A DNA stretch of 64,000 bases from the NCBI GenBank assembly GCA_046563655.1, contig CM102289.1:4340001-4404000 (forward strand), in the 5' to 3' direction. This document shows positions 38,116-50,260 of this stretch, in pieces (positions within the stretch are counted from its first letter, which is position 1; each line of letters starts with the position of its first letter). Source of the stretch: Yuukianura sp. NJ FZ-2021. Lineage: Eukaryota. Under the pieces are notes generated by a model. It ran no database searches. It was not told the DNA's origin and worked only from the letters and a program-made list of their open reading frames with translations. Made by a program: the position numbers and the translations under genes.

Positions 38116-39289
38116 CTCAATGAAACTGTAAAAAGAAATATGCTAATTGCAATGGCGGTTTCTTGCTGTTTAGTTATCTCATAATTGATATGTAAAAAAA
38201 AATTCTTACCGTCTATGGAATTTCACTTTCAAATCGGTTTCCAGAATTTCTCGCCGAATTTTTGGCGTGCTGGTGAAACTCCTTTCCTGTTAACATTTTC
38301 TTTAGGCTGATTACACACTCATTGTTCGTAATTTTGGCTGAATAGAGGGATACGTCACACGTTGCGTAATTAGTACTTTGTTGACACTCCGTTTTCTGTA
38401 ATGAAACAATTCATAAGTTTAGGGAAGCGCACAGGCTAAATATGATGCTGCGTAGTGGTGATCGATCCGACGACTTATAGACTAGAGGGTTTTACTTCAC
38501 ATATCGGACGGATTCATATCCAACCCCGTGCGAAATGTGAAGTGTTAATCGAAAAATCACTTTCTCCCATGTTTGAAGGTGAATTGTAAGTTCAAATCCT
38601 GAAAATGTGTAGTTTTTGTACAACTAATCAATCCAATGTTAAGAATACAGCATGGGACTCAGGGCTACGAAAAAATCTGTCTGCTAATTATTCCAATCCG
38701 TCCACACAGATTCTCACTTGTAACCTTAATTCGTAATAGGTAATTTAAGTATTTCACGCTTACATTACAGCACTCAGCTGCTGTCAGTCAGAGTTTTCAC
38801 TTATTTAATTAAAAGTGACCCACTATCGTTGAATTTTATTCAGGACTTCTATCTTGGTTTATATGCACTAGCGCTACATGCTTTGTAACCACACAACGCA
38901 ACTATAGCCCCGATTTTTCCCACGAACAATTGGGAGTACTTGGGGTAAGTGTTCTCTAATACTCAATTACAAAATGTAAAAAACCTATTTTAATCTTAAC
39001 GCAAATATTGTCATTGTAACCACTTATCGTGGCGATGATAGCAGTTTGGTTACATTAATTCACCTTTGCTTAAGGCGACCCTAATTTGTAAACAAGAGAG
39101 CACTGTAACCTGAACCTGAACCACATCCACTCTCTCATTATAGCACACTTTTAGGGGTGCCTAATCCTGGTCAATGCCGGACACGGCAGACCATTGAAGT
39201 AGTAACAATTGGAGTGGCTCTACGCAGGTTCGCACCAGTGCGTAACGTTAAACATTTCGTCAGCCTATCTATGAGGGGAGAAAACCCGG

Positions 39290-39560
39290 AATATTCCTCA
39301 ACAGATTTACATCTGGATTTCTTGATGTGTGAAATTTCACACATCTGGAAATACAAAAACACAGCTGAAATCCAGATGTGTAAAATTAAACACATCTCAA
39401 ATTTCAAAAATACAACAGGAACTCTGATGTGTCAAATTTGAGATGTGCGAAACCAAAAACGCAACAGAAATCCTAACGTCTCGATTTGAGATGTACCTCG
39501 CCTCATATGTTTTTTTTTGATGTGTGAAATCGAGACGTCTCGATTCCTCGATGCAAATCA
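39290..39560. repeat. Degenerate minisatellite / internally palindromic repeat between the divergent RhoGAP and MUS81
   Basis: Repeated ACATCT(G/C)...(C/G)AGATGTG and CAAAAAC/TxCAxCxGxAAxTC units in both orientations. Confidence 0.6.
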
Positions 39561-39968
39561 GGGGTCGGTTTTTCGAGATAAGAGGTAACGCAGGAGGCAT
39601 TATTCGGAAATTGGAAAACCAGACCCCTCATTTGCATGAGCAAAACATAAAATTCTCACTGTACGTGTATGCCCCTAAATTTTTAGCAAATCCCAATAAC
39701 AACAGTGTAAACGAGTAGGAAGAATTGTTCCCTACTCTGGCCAAAGACAAATATGTGCAAGTGAGTTCCTTCAAAGCACGAACCACATCCCCCCATAATA
39801 CTGTGGCGGAGATCCGCAGTATCCGAAAATCCGGTTTATAGATAGACCAATAAAGTCAGCCTCTCATTCATCGGAAGTTTGTTAACGTCTAGGTACGTTT
39901 ACGTTCTTTTCTCCCGCGTACTAATCAAGTTGTTTGTTTACGTTTTCCTCCATTATTATTCCTGCATC

Positions 39969-42900
39969 ATGAGCTGGAGAAGTAATCGTGGTACACAGAA
40001 CTCCATTCCAATGGAAGGTGCAAACCAGTTGTTTGAAAAGTGGATAATGGAATGGAAAGAGGATGCAATTTCGAAGAACAGCAAAGCGCAATACGGGTTC
40101 TCTAAGGTAACTGCTTTGCTTCATTTTACTTGTAACACCGGTTGACCGGTTGCATCGTCGAAGAGGGCATCCTACGAAATCAAAATGGACAATTTTTATG
40201 GGGGTCATTTTGTGGGTTGTCAATTGAATGTCAATGTCGTGGCTGCGAGGGATGAATCGCCCGGCTTTTCTGGAAACAATCTTACACCGAATCTTTTCCT
40301 TAGGCACTTGCATCATTACGAAAATATCCGTTGCCGCTGATGACCGGGAAAGATTGTTTGATATTGGAAAACTTTGGTTCTGGAATTTGCAATCAGTTAG
40401 ATCAGAGACTTGCTAAGGAATCTCCCTCGATTATCGTACAAGGTAAAATAATTCGTTTTTTTTTTTGTTAAATTCTATCATAAATTGACTTCTATGTATT
40501 CTTTACGGTTTGGTATTTTTTTCTCCACGTTTATCAACAAGCAGAAGTACCAACGCATCTGCAAGACATATTGCCCTTACCAGGAACAAAGAAGGCCAAG
40601 CAACGTAAATCACCGGGAAGCACTAGCAAAACGTCTAAAAATCGAGAGTTAACCAGCGACAGCATCTCCGGAAGGCTTGACGGTGTACTATGATAATTGA
40701 TTCATGATGATCCTATGATTTTGCAGCGCAGGCAACTCAGTAAGCAGACAGCGAACATAAAATATGGAAGTGTATCCATTTGAGGTACTGAATGTTGAGC
40801 TGAATCCAAATCTGAGCATAACTTTCCTCAATTCTCCAAATTGACTGCTCTGCAAAATGATATTGGTCCCGATCATTTATATGCTAACTCAACGTTTGTC
40901 AAAATTGGAAGGCAAGCTAAGCATGGCAGTAATCTCCTGATTGTTTCTCACAGCAGCCGCCAGGACGAAAATATGTTCCGGCCTTCCGATCTGGTGGATA
41001 CGCGATCCTCATTACCTTGTTAACGCAGGAATCCACCTTGAATTATCGAGGTTATATGCTAAAAAGCGAACTATTGCAAGCAGCACAAGAACACTGCAAC
41101 GCTTCTATGACGAACAATCCAGGCGGTACCTATTCCACCGCTTGGAACTCTATGCAAACGCTCATTAAAAAGAATCTGGTGATTAAGCAAGGAAATCCTA
41201 CCAAGTAAGCAAAATTCAATTTTAAATTATGGTACAACAACGTCTATACTAAATATTTACGTTCAGAAACAAAAACGTTGATTCACATGTGTTTTTATAT
41301 TCTAGGTACACGTTGACAATTCAAGGGCGAGAGTTGGCGGCTCTACTGACCAATGCTGATTCTACTAGCCTCAGCATTCCGCCGTCTGATCCCAGCGATG
41401 TTGGTGACGCAGAAGAAGACGATGGTAACGAATTCTTTAATTTAACCGTTTGCATTTCGATTGGCTTTCTCGTTGTATAATTAAAGATATTAGCAGATAC
41501 GTCGACGGAAAAACCTACCCCGATTTTATATGAACCGAACTCATTCGAAGTACTACTTTGTGTGGACAATTCAGAAACCAATACGTAAGCTTAAGTTCCT
41601 TGTATGATTTCCAACGCACCACTTTGGTTACTACTTATACTAACCTCTCCATTCTTTAGTAAATCTAGCAAAGATGAAGCGCTCGGAGAGTTAAGAAAGA
41701 ACGGGATACCGTTGGAAGTGATGAAATTGAGTGTTGGAGACTTTGTCTGGATTTGCAGAAGGAAGAACGAGTCTGCTTCGAATAGACGTCTAACCATTTC
41801 CCGGTGTGAGGACTTAATACTTCCTTACGTGGTGGAGAGGAAAAGAATGGATGACCTTGCGTCAAGTATACGCGACGGGAGGTTTCGTGAGCAGAAGCAA
41901 AGATTGAAAGACACAGGATTTCAACCAATATATCTCATAGAGTCATTTGAGGATGACAAGGGAGACGACAAATGGGGATTGGCGGAAGGTGCCCTAATGC
42001 AAGCAATTGCCAACACACAAGTAAAAAATGGATTTCTTATTCACGAATCGGAGTCTCTGAAGGATACCTGCGCCTATCTCACTCACATGACTCGGTTTTT
42101 GTCTCAATTGTATAAGGTATTGTAATCGTTCGTAAGATTTATAAGTAGATATATGTGCGGTTATGATGACATTTAATGCGTCTGTCAGAAGGACCCCTAA
42201 GTAGCTAAGTAGTGTTTAGAAAATGAATCAATTTCTCGCTTAAGTTACTAATATTCGACTCATTTATGGAGTGCCTTAACTATTCTTTAACTTATTTAAC
42301 TTTTCATTGCAGGAGAAAGCATTAGCTAGCTGTACAAAGGATGAATGGCCCGCTTTCAAGAAAAGGACTGACAGCACGTACCTGTTGCCATTAAGCGATT
42401 TCAATGAATTTGGAGCTAAAAAAACACACGTGAGTGACACCTCATCCATTGAATTGAATTTTTCATCTCGCTTTCTGTCACCTATCTTTTGAGGATAACC
42501 TTGTTGTTGGGCAGCCGAAGGTATTAGGTAAATCAACTAAGATCTGACGTGTTTCAGGAGTTAACGTTTTAGAAATTACAATCGTTTTTTTAGTGTGGGT
42601 GTATTCTTGAGTGTTAGTTAATGGAGGAAGCACAATTTAAAATGTAAGAAATTGACATTTTTTTAAACAGCCATTTTGATACTATTCGTAAATTTCCGAA
42701 ATTAAATCTTAACGTAATCGTTCGAAGGTGTCGCATGGAATGACGAATGATGGCCCTGTATCTACCAAAATCTTAAAAGCTAGGTTCTCATCGTAGATAG
42801 CTGAGCTAGCAAGCTTTTTACCTACGGAGATGACAACTCGGCATGAAACAAACAGGTTATAGTTTCTCGCGTTGAAAGCGAAAAGCCGGTTTGTCCATTG

Positions 42901-43375
42901 AGCGACTAGCACAAGTCATTCGTCACTCTACGACATTCCTTCCGTTTCCCACGCTAAACGTATCAGATTTCCAGCCTATATGTCCATTATGGTGGAGATA
43001 ACCACACCATGCTAATGATGCGGACGTTTCCTAATAATAATAATTATCTACCATTAGTTAATACTTTTACTTTTGATATTATATTGACAGTGTTTGTATG
43101 ATTATTGTTTTCAGAACTGGACTGTATCGGAAATGTTTGCTCGACACTTGCTGAAAATAAAAGGCATATCTGGGGACAAGGCGGCAGCCATAATCAAAAA
43201 GTATCCAACTCCGTATGATCTTCTGAGCGCTTACGAAGATTGCCCTTCCGTTGCTGAACAAGAACTACTTCTGTCGTCAGTTCGATATGGTTCAACCAAT
43301 AGGATGGTTGGGAAAGTAATAAGCAAGACAGTTCACTCGCTGTATACGCTTCCTACATTTCCATTGACAAGCTAA
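39969..43375 (+). CDS. MUS81: Crossover junction endonuclease MUS81
   Basis: N-terminal HhH ([34 protein letters not shown]), winged helix ([16 protein letters not shown]), ERCC4 nuclease ([42 protein letters not shown]) and C-terminal HhH ([20 protein letters not shown]). One internal junction (about 40683-40953) is uncertain. Confidence 0.93.
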
Positions 43376-43542
43376 TCCTCCAAGTAACCCAAAGCCACGG
43401 ACGACTAAAATTGTTAAACTCACTGAATGTGATTCGCTGTTTTCATTTACTAAAATTATGTTGTTTATATTATTGTTGTTCCTACTTTTATATGTTTCTT
43501 TGTGGTTCTACGTGCAAACGGTCTGAATATAATCTCCAACGT

Positions 43543-46241
43543 TTATTTCATGGTTCTCAGTACATTATCGGCGTACACGGTATCCTTCGACTTTGCTTCA
43601 AGTTTTTCCTTATAAATTAAGATACCGCTTTTGTCCTTTTTGGAAGCCAACATCTATAGAAGTACAGTTAGAATCTTTAGTTAAATTGAATACTAACCTT
43701 ACCAAGTTTGAAAATACATACATCTATCACAACTTTGTGGCATTGTAGTTGCTTTGCCGTACTCAGCTTCTGTTCCCAATTGTCGATGAGACTCACAAAC
43801 ATGGAAAGCAGATCGATGGGGGCGTTTTGTTCTTTTAATATTTTACAAACGTCATCCGCCGGAAGTATCCCTTGCAACGACCCCAACCATCCCTGTGGAC
43901 ATATAATACACAAGGTTATTACCATGTACACTAAAAACCCCAACGTTTAATATTTGCAGGGAATTGTACTTAGAACTAATATTGTGTTCCGAATGATTGT
44001 AAAAATATAAGTGCAGGGACTAAATGTAAACTTACCTTTTTGATAAGTAGAGATTCAATCTGTGGCCATTTCTGGACTTTCGACAGTCCTAGAAAGCAAG
44101 TCCAAGCGTGCTGCTTCGTGCTTAATTTGTGAGTAATGCTTAATTTGAAAGGCGATAGGGCAAAAGACGGGTCTTTGTCGTAATAATGTTCGGTAAGGTA
44201 CTTCAATGTTGACAGAACGGATGGCAATCTCACAGGAACTGTCGGTTTCTCTTCACTGGGCGGCAGTAATTTATGAATTTCTTTCACAAAATTATGTGCC
44301 TTTAGTATCTAACCTTTCCTTATTTCTTGTTACTTTGCAGGCAGGTTCTCATACCAATTAAGCTTAAATGGTTTTGTACCAAACCGGCCATGTATTCATC
44401 GGAATTCCTGCATTCTGCTGTATAAAAATGGCTTAGTTGAGCTTGTAGTCGATCGAGGTACGTCCCTCTGATAATCGTTTTATACCGAAAGTTCAGGGCG
44501 TCCTCTGTTCTACCGAGCATACTAGTAAGCAACATGTATAAACGTCGAATCAGTGTAACATATACATAAGTGAGTTGGAGTTAGCGTTTATGGTACTTAC
44601 CAAAGCGTATCGGCCAGCTTAGCCGCTTCACATTTTGTTTCCAGGTAACGAATATAGTGGCTTGCCGCTGCATTGTTTTCTAGTAGGATCAGTTGAAATA
44701 AACTATCGCGGAGAGTTTGCTGAAGGAAGAGACTCACCTTAAAAATAAATAAAATATTAGTCAATAAAGGCGATTGTGTATGCATTAAGTACCGCAAAGT
44801 ACTTTATAATCTAATCTAGTTTCTTTCCGTCGTTGACCTAATTCCAGTGATCTCTTGATTTGATAGTTTTAAAATTGAGTTGTTTTATATTTAAGTAATC
44901 AACTTTAATTAAGAAACAGCAGTTAAGCGTCGCCTATTTACATGGTTCTACTAGGCGTCATAAAGATTAATAATTTTTTTACCGCTGTTATTGCATTTCC
45001 ATCGTTGATTTCTATTGCCTTCGATAGAAGGGCTTTTTTTGCACTAAGGGTCCGGAAGCCTTCCAAAGTTACCTCGGAACCCAGCAAGAATCCTTGCATG
45101 GTGACCTTTAGAGCGTTTGTAGTAGTAAACAAGGTATCAAATTCGTCTGGATGTGATGGAAGCTTGCTTGATCTCAACGACGCAATTCCTCAGTAGATTC
45201 AATAATTTAAAATTAAACCTACAATCCATTTTAGGCATAGTAACTGGCTTGGGATAAAAATTTCGCTTTTTCAGACGTCAAACTTTTTAAGCAAAGATGA
45301 TCTTAAAGGATAGCATTAACCATATAATATCGTTTTGTTGAAATGCTTCCTAATTAGTATGCAAAGAAAACTTACTCAATTCAGTCTTGGGTTTATATTC
45401 GCTCTCTCCGAAGAGTTTAGAGAACATGAAATCTGGAAGTCCTCTAATCTTCTCGGTGTCATCAATGACATTAGTGTCCGACGCAGAGGAATCGAATGGA
45501 GAAACCGAACCAGTATAATGGATTTCGCTCCGGATCGACTCGATTGTGGATATAATCCCAGAGTATGGATTTGATTCCTAACAAACAAGAAGGGACACAT
45601 GAAAAATTGCATTAGATGGTGTGTATAAATTCCCGTGAGCATTCACCTCCAGATTTGTCTACTTTTAAAAAACCTAACCTATAGCGTGGGCTGGTGGTTA
45701 CAGGGTCATAGGTAAGAATACGAAAAAAATGATACATTCGTCAAGCCGTTTATGTAAAGCGATCTACTAGTCTGTTTTAAAAAAAAAAATTTCGAGTGAC
45801 ATGACCTATGACAACCCAAAAAATGACCTCTACAAAAGTTGTGTGATGAGAGGATCATTTTTTTCATCTGTGACATATGACCCTGTTACCTTCCTTTGAG
45901 GTCATAGGTCAATTTGGTGTAACCTAAACTAACCTAACTAATTTTCAAATCAAATAGATCGCTTTATCACCGTCAAGTCCAACAACTTCTGTAGAGGTTA
46001 TTTTTTTAATTTTTAAGTTGTCCGGAGCATTCGCGAATTTGTGTTGGATACTAGCAAACGTGGCCCACGCCCAGATGAAAATTTTTTGCTAGTATCCAAC
46101 CCGAATTTCTAATACGAATCAGGGTTACTTATCCGTACTAGTAAATTACTAGTAAGTAATGCATTAACTTACCTTCTCTTTATCGTCGTCGTTGAAGGAC
46201 ATTCCACTTGCTTTCTTTTCCCAATCCCAATCTGTGTCCAT
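43543..46241 (-). CDS. VIPAS39: VPS33B-interacting protein / SPE-39 / Vps16B homolog, about 8 exons
   Basis: First exon MDTDWDWEKKASGMSFNDDD. Also LEGFRTLSAKKALLSKAIEINDGNAITAVSLFLQQTL, SVLSTLKYL, HKLSTKQHAWT, KKGWLG and AKQLQCHKVVID; last exon ends LRTMK*. Confidence 0.82.
45690..46110. mobile_element. Decayed, nested foldback/MITE fragments in VIPAS39 intron 1
   Basis: Inverted pairs GGTTACAGGGTCATA/TATGACCCTGTTACC, TAAAGCGATCTA/TAGATCGCTTTA and ACCTCTACAAAAGTTG/CAACTTCTGTAGAGGT, plus a separate stem of about 20 bp at 46036-46108 (GTTGGATACTAGCAAA/TTTGCTAGTATCCAAC). Confidence 0.55.
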
Positions 46242-46590
46242 TGAACAATTACCCTCCATATTCCAAGAGTTCGCAGAATGTTTTCTACACGTCTCCACTG
46301 CTTAATGAATACATAAGTTAACTTGTCCAGTCCACTAAAAGCCCATTGTTTACCAATCCGTACACTCATTTTCTAGCTAAATATATTTAGTATAAAAAAT
46401 CGGGTCTGACTATTCCCATGCCTCATTTTTCTGTTTAAAACTCAGTCAGTGAGACAAAAAACAGTCACGCGAATAGGCAGACCCAATTTTATAGTTAGCA
46501 AACGAGTGTACTTACCTTCACTACCCGACGAATCCACAGCAGTTATGATAAACGTCAAAAGAAACTGACACTTCCAGAATTAGTTAGAAT

Positions 46591-46873
46591 GGCTGAAGTA
46601 AACTTTGAATCAGTCCGTTGTACCCCCCAAATTTCATTCAAAAAAGCAACAAATCGCCCCCTCTACTGTTGATTTGTTCAGTTGCGCATAGATTTATGAA
46701 CTGTACCCCCCGTCCTTTGTTAGTTTAGGTTAACCTAACCTAACCAACAGTAAAAGGGGCGATTGGCGATTTGTTGCTTTTTTTTTGAATTTGCCGCCAC
46801 GGATTATAATTTGGGGGTACAATACAATGCAATTCGAGGGGTACAACAGACTGACTCAAAGTTTACTCTAACC
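46591..46873. mobile_element. 283-bp MITE with about 36-bp TIRs starting GG and an 8-bp TSD (GTTAGAAT)
   Basis: TSD at 46583-46590 and 46874-46881. Left end GGCTGAAGTAAACTTTGAATCAGTCCGTTGTACCCC versus right reverse complement GGTTAGAGTAAACTTTGAGTCAGTCTGTTGTACCCC. There are also internal subterminal inverted repeats. Confidence 0.85.
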
Positions 46874-47319
46874 GTTAGAATTAGCGGAACCACACGACAA
46901 TTAAAAAAAAAACACTTTCCTTCCTCCAAGCCAAAAGGAAGTCATAAGACAACATGGGCACTGACTAAAACTCTGAAATGACGGCACGGTACAGAAGTTT
47001 CACAAATGGTCAAATATTTTTATTTCTTTTTTCTTGCAGGAAACCTATTTATTACATTTAGTACTAATAATGCAAAATACTGAGAAAAAAGCAATTTAAG
47101 ACATGTGTCAACTCAAGAAAACACTCAAAGGAAAAATTATTCAGAAGAAAATCGTGGGGTTAAACTGTTGCAATCTAACTGAACCTAACGACTTAACAAT
47201 TCCATAAATCTTAATTGTCGTACACAAATTGGCTTATCTATCGTGGGATATTGGCAGCAAAACTAATTAAACTTTCCCCCGCCAATTAATGTTTCCCGAA
47301 CTAAAAAATTACCTAAAAA

Positions 47320-48238
47320 ATAAGGTGTTAAGAGTATCCAGCATAAAAACGCAACCGTTGTGGATGACTTCGCTTTTGTCATCCATCGGCAGATTCACCC
47401 TCAACAAACTCATGCTGCCTGCAAATCATGACTCCGGGAGTTATTTGGCAACGCCTCCGATTACCATTGTTGACTCCAGGGCTATAACGTAAGTCGCGAA
47501 AGCCGCCTATATGTATAAGCTTGAAGCTAGAGTAAAGGTATGGGGCACCCTGGCTAAACATAGTGACTAAACTGGATTGTCACGGTTAGTCACACTTGGT
47601 AAATAGAATCGTGGAAAAAATTATACAATAGTTTATCGCCTGGTACCATCACCGGGATATCCTGGTGATCAGGAAAATAATGAATCAAAAAAAAGTAAAC
47701 TTGATCCACCTTTCGGCCGTCCTGGGTTGAGGATTTTTTGACAGTGTCACCTTACAGTGATCTAAATGAGAACTTTCGACTGGCAACGATGAACTTCGTC
47801 GGTGCCAATACAACAGCACGAGACTAGGTTGGCATTTTTACGGCGAAACCTAAACAATTACAAGCAGCGCCAGTTAATCCGATAATGAGGCATTACGTAG
47901 CGGAGACTACCAAATTTTTGAGGACACAGACAACAATCCCCCCCCTTGGAGAGCATAAACCAAGGTAAGTCTTTAAAGCATTCTTCAACGTAAACGTTTT
48001 CTATAACTCAATTCCAACTGCAGATGAAATATATTTTGAAAAAGGGATTGACTACGAGTATAATCTGCACATAGCCTCTGTGTGCAATGATAAGGTGTTA
48101 AGAGTATCCAGCATAAATACGCAACCGTTGTGGATGACTTCGATTTTGTCATCCATCGGCAGATTCACCCTCAACACACTCATACTGCCTGGAACGCATG
48201 ACTCCGGGAGTTATTTCGCAACGCCTACGATTACCATT
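47320..48238. repeat. Direct duplication of 149 bp (47320-47468 and 48090-48238)
   Basis: Colinear copies with about 9 substitutions counted by eye. A second 36-bp duplicated block lies at 47741 and 48661. Confidence 0.9.
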
Positions 48239-49989
48239 TCTTGAGTCCTGTGTTTGAGCAGCTTCTACTAGCCGTCAAGGGGAAGAAGTACATTCAAAAG
48301 GAAGCTGATCAAGTCTCTGTGGATCTCTGCTTAAATCGGTGCACCGCCAATGCCCCCTGTTTCTCCGAGGCAATGTACAGGCCCCAAGTGCAAGAATTGC
48401 TTGTAGGATCTTTTCTGGGGCACAACTATTTTGAAAATACCAGTAATAGCTGGTATAGATAGGAGGGATCTAAGTGTAATTTATGTAAATCTTGCAATTC
48501 ATTTTAAAGTTGTTTTTCATTCATTTTGAATTTGTATGAACATTTTTAATTTCATTTTTTCAACACTAGTCATAACAAACAACTCTACTTTTCCAGTTGT
48601 ATTTTTAGTATGAGATTCCCTGGAATAAGCAGCAAATTTAACGGTATATCACTTTTTTTAACAGTGTCACCTTACAGTGATGTCAGTGAGAACTTTGAGA
48701 TGAAGTGAATAGAGCAGTCCGAAAAGTTATGATTGGTGAGCAATGCTTCAGTTCTTACTTATACCATTGAATAAATACACTTCATACACTTATTCACTGA
48801 TCACCTAGTGTCAGTTATGGTGAATAACTGATTCTTCGTGAGTTGTCAGATCTGCGGAGAAGTGATGGGAATCTGAGGGCGTGGCTGGAGCTTAGGGTAG
48901 GATACCATATATTTAAGAAAGTAATAGTTCGAGACGCTACAAATGGCGACCGTTCGTGAAACAACTTGCTCAGATCAGCAAGGTCATCAAAGCTCAAGTG
49001 CGAATTGACAGGAAAATTGTGAAACTTTTCACGTACAGCTGCGGTTGTTGATAGGTGCACGCGATCAGAACAGTGCTGGCCTAGAAAGACTTTTTGGGGA
49101 GGTTTTGATGAAAAAGATGGAACCTTTTGAGAAAAATTGAGTTTTGTACACTCCAGATGCGCATTCAGACGTAGATTGTCGGTTTGCAATTTTTACTTCT
49201 CACATAGCCCAGAATGACTTTTTGTGTAGTTTTCAATGAAAAAAAGGAATTTTTGGAGAAAAATTGAGTCAAACTCAATTTCAGAAAAATTCAACCTAAT
49301 ACGTAAATTTGCAACAAGTGTTACTGTGTCCATTGATATCTTTCTTTCTTTTTTATATCATCCCATGGAGATAGAGAGCAAGTCAGTGAGACTAAAAGGA
49401 GAATTGGAAGTTAGATTGTTAACTGGGGATGTAGGCTTCGTTTGTTTGCTGAAGAATTACTCAGAGCCACTTGCAACACCGTATAAGGGATACAATAAGC
49501 TCATTTGTTAATTAAATCCGTGGAAATGTCAAAAATAGGCTCGTAGAATTATGCCTAAGTGGATATAGTTCTAGTGGTTGTTACTCTCAATATGTAGACT
49601 AGAAGGTTTAGTGAGTACACCAAGTTTGTTGACTTAATTTTCCTTAACAGGTTGCGTGATAACCCGTGTGTTTTTAAAAAAGCTGATTTGCATTTCATCT
49701 GGTCGTAAGCATAACATTATACCCGAGTTCTTAAAACTTTAAATAGAATTGGTACCCAAAACTCTAATTCGTTGGAGTTAGTACTTTTGGTACTCCCTTT
49801 TTTCTTAATTTTTGTTTTTTTGTTGAACAACTAAGGTATTATGCAGCCACACGGAAACACAAGATTTCAAGAAGGCAATTGAACTGGCAACTCGTTCAAG
49901 TAAAAGGTCAAAATTAATCCCTGGAGGATTTTGACAAATTCTGGAACAAAGGAAGAAAGACGGCACAAGGTATAAAATTCACTTCGCAG

Positions 49990-50260
49990 ATTCAACTTCA
50001 CACAAAGAATTTAACAGATTCCGCAAATCCAATACATTCGTCGTACAACAACCTCCGTTTATCACCCAAGCTCAAATGGGGAAGCAGAATGTTTCATCCA
50101 AACTTTTAAAAGAAAAACCAAAGCGGCATGAGAAAATTAAGAATCAGCACTTTAGCGATTTCTGTTTACTTATCTATACTAACTACGGCTAACACCGCAT
50201 TTGACTACCAGGCAATATGGCGGAATTGCTAAAAGTGGACAACTCATTAGAGATTAGCTT
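49990..50260 (+). mobile_element. Decayed Ty3/gypsy-type LTR retrotransposon integrase fragment
   Basis: Broken frames give KEFNRFRKSN..TTSVYHPSSNGEAECFIQTFK..L*RFLFTY..TPHLTT..AELL, matching the integrase core YHPxSNGxAERxxxTxK / TPHxTTGxSPAELL with stops and frameshifts. Confidence 0.8.
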
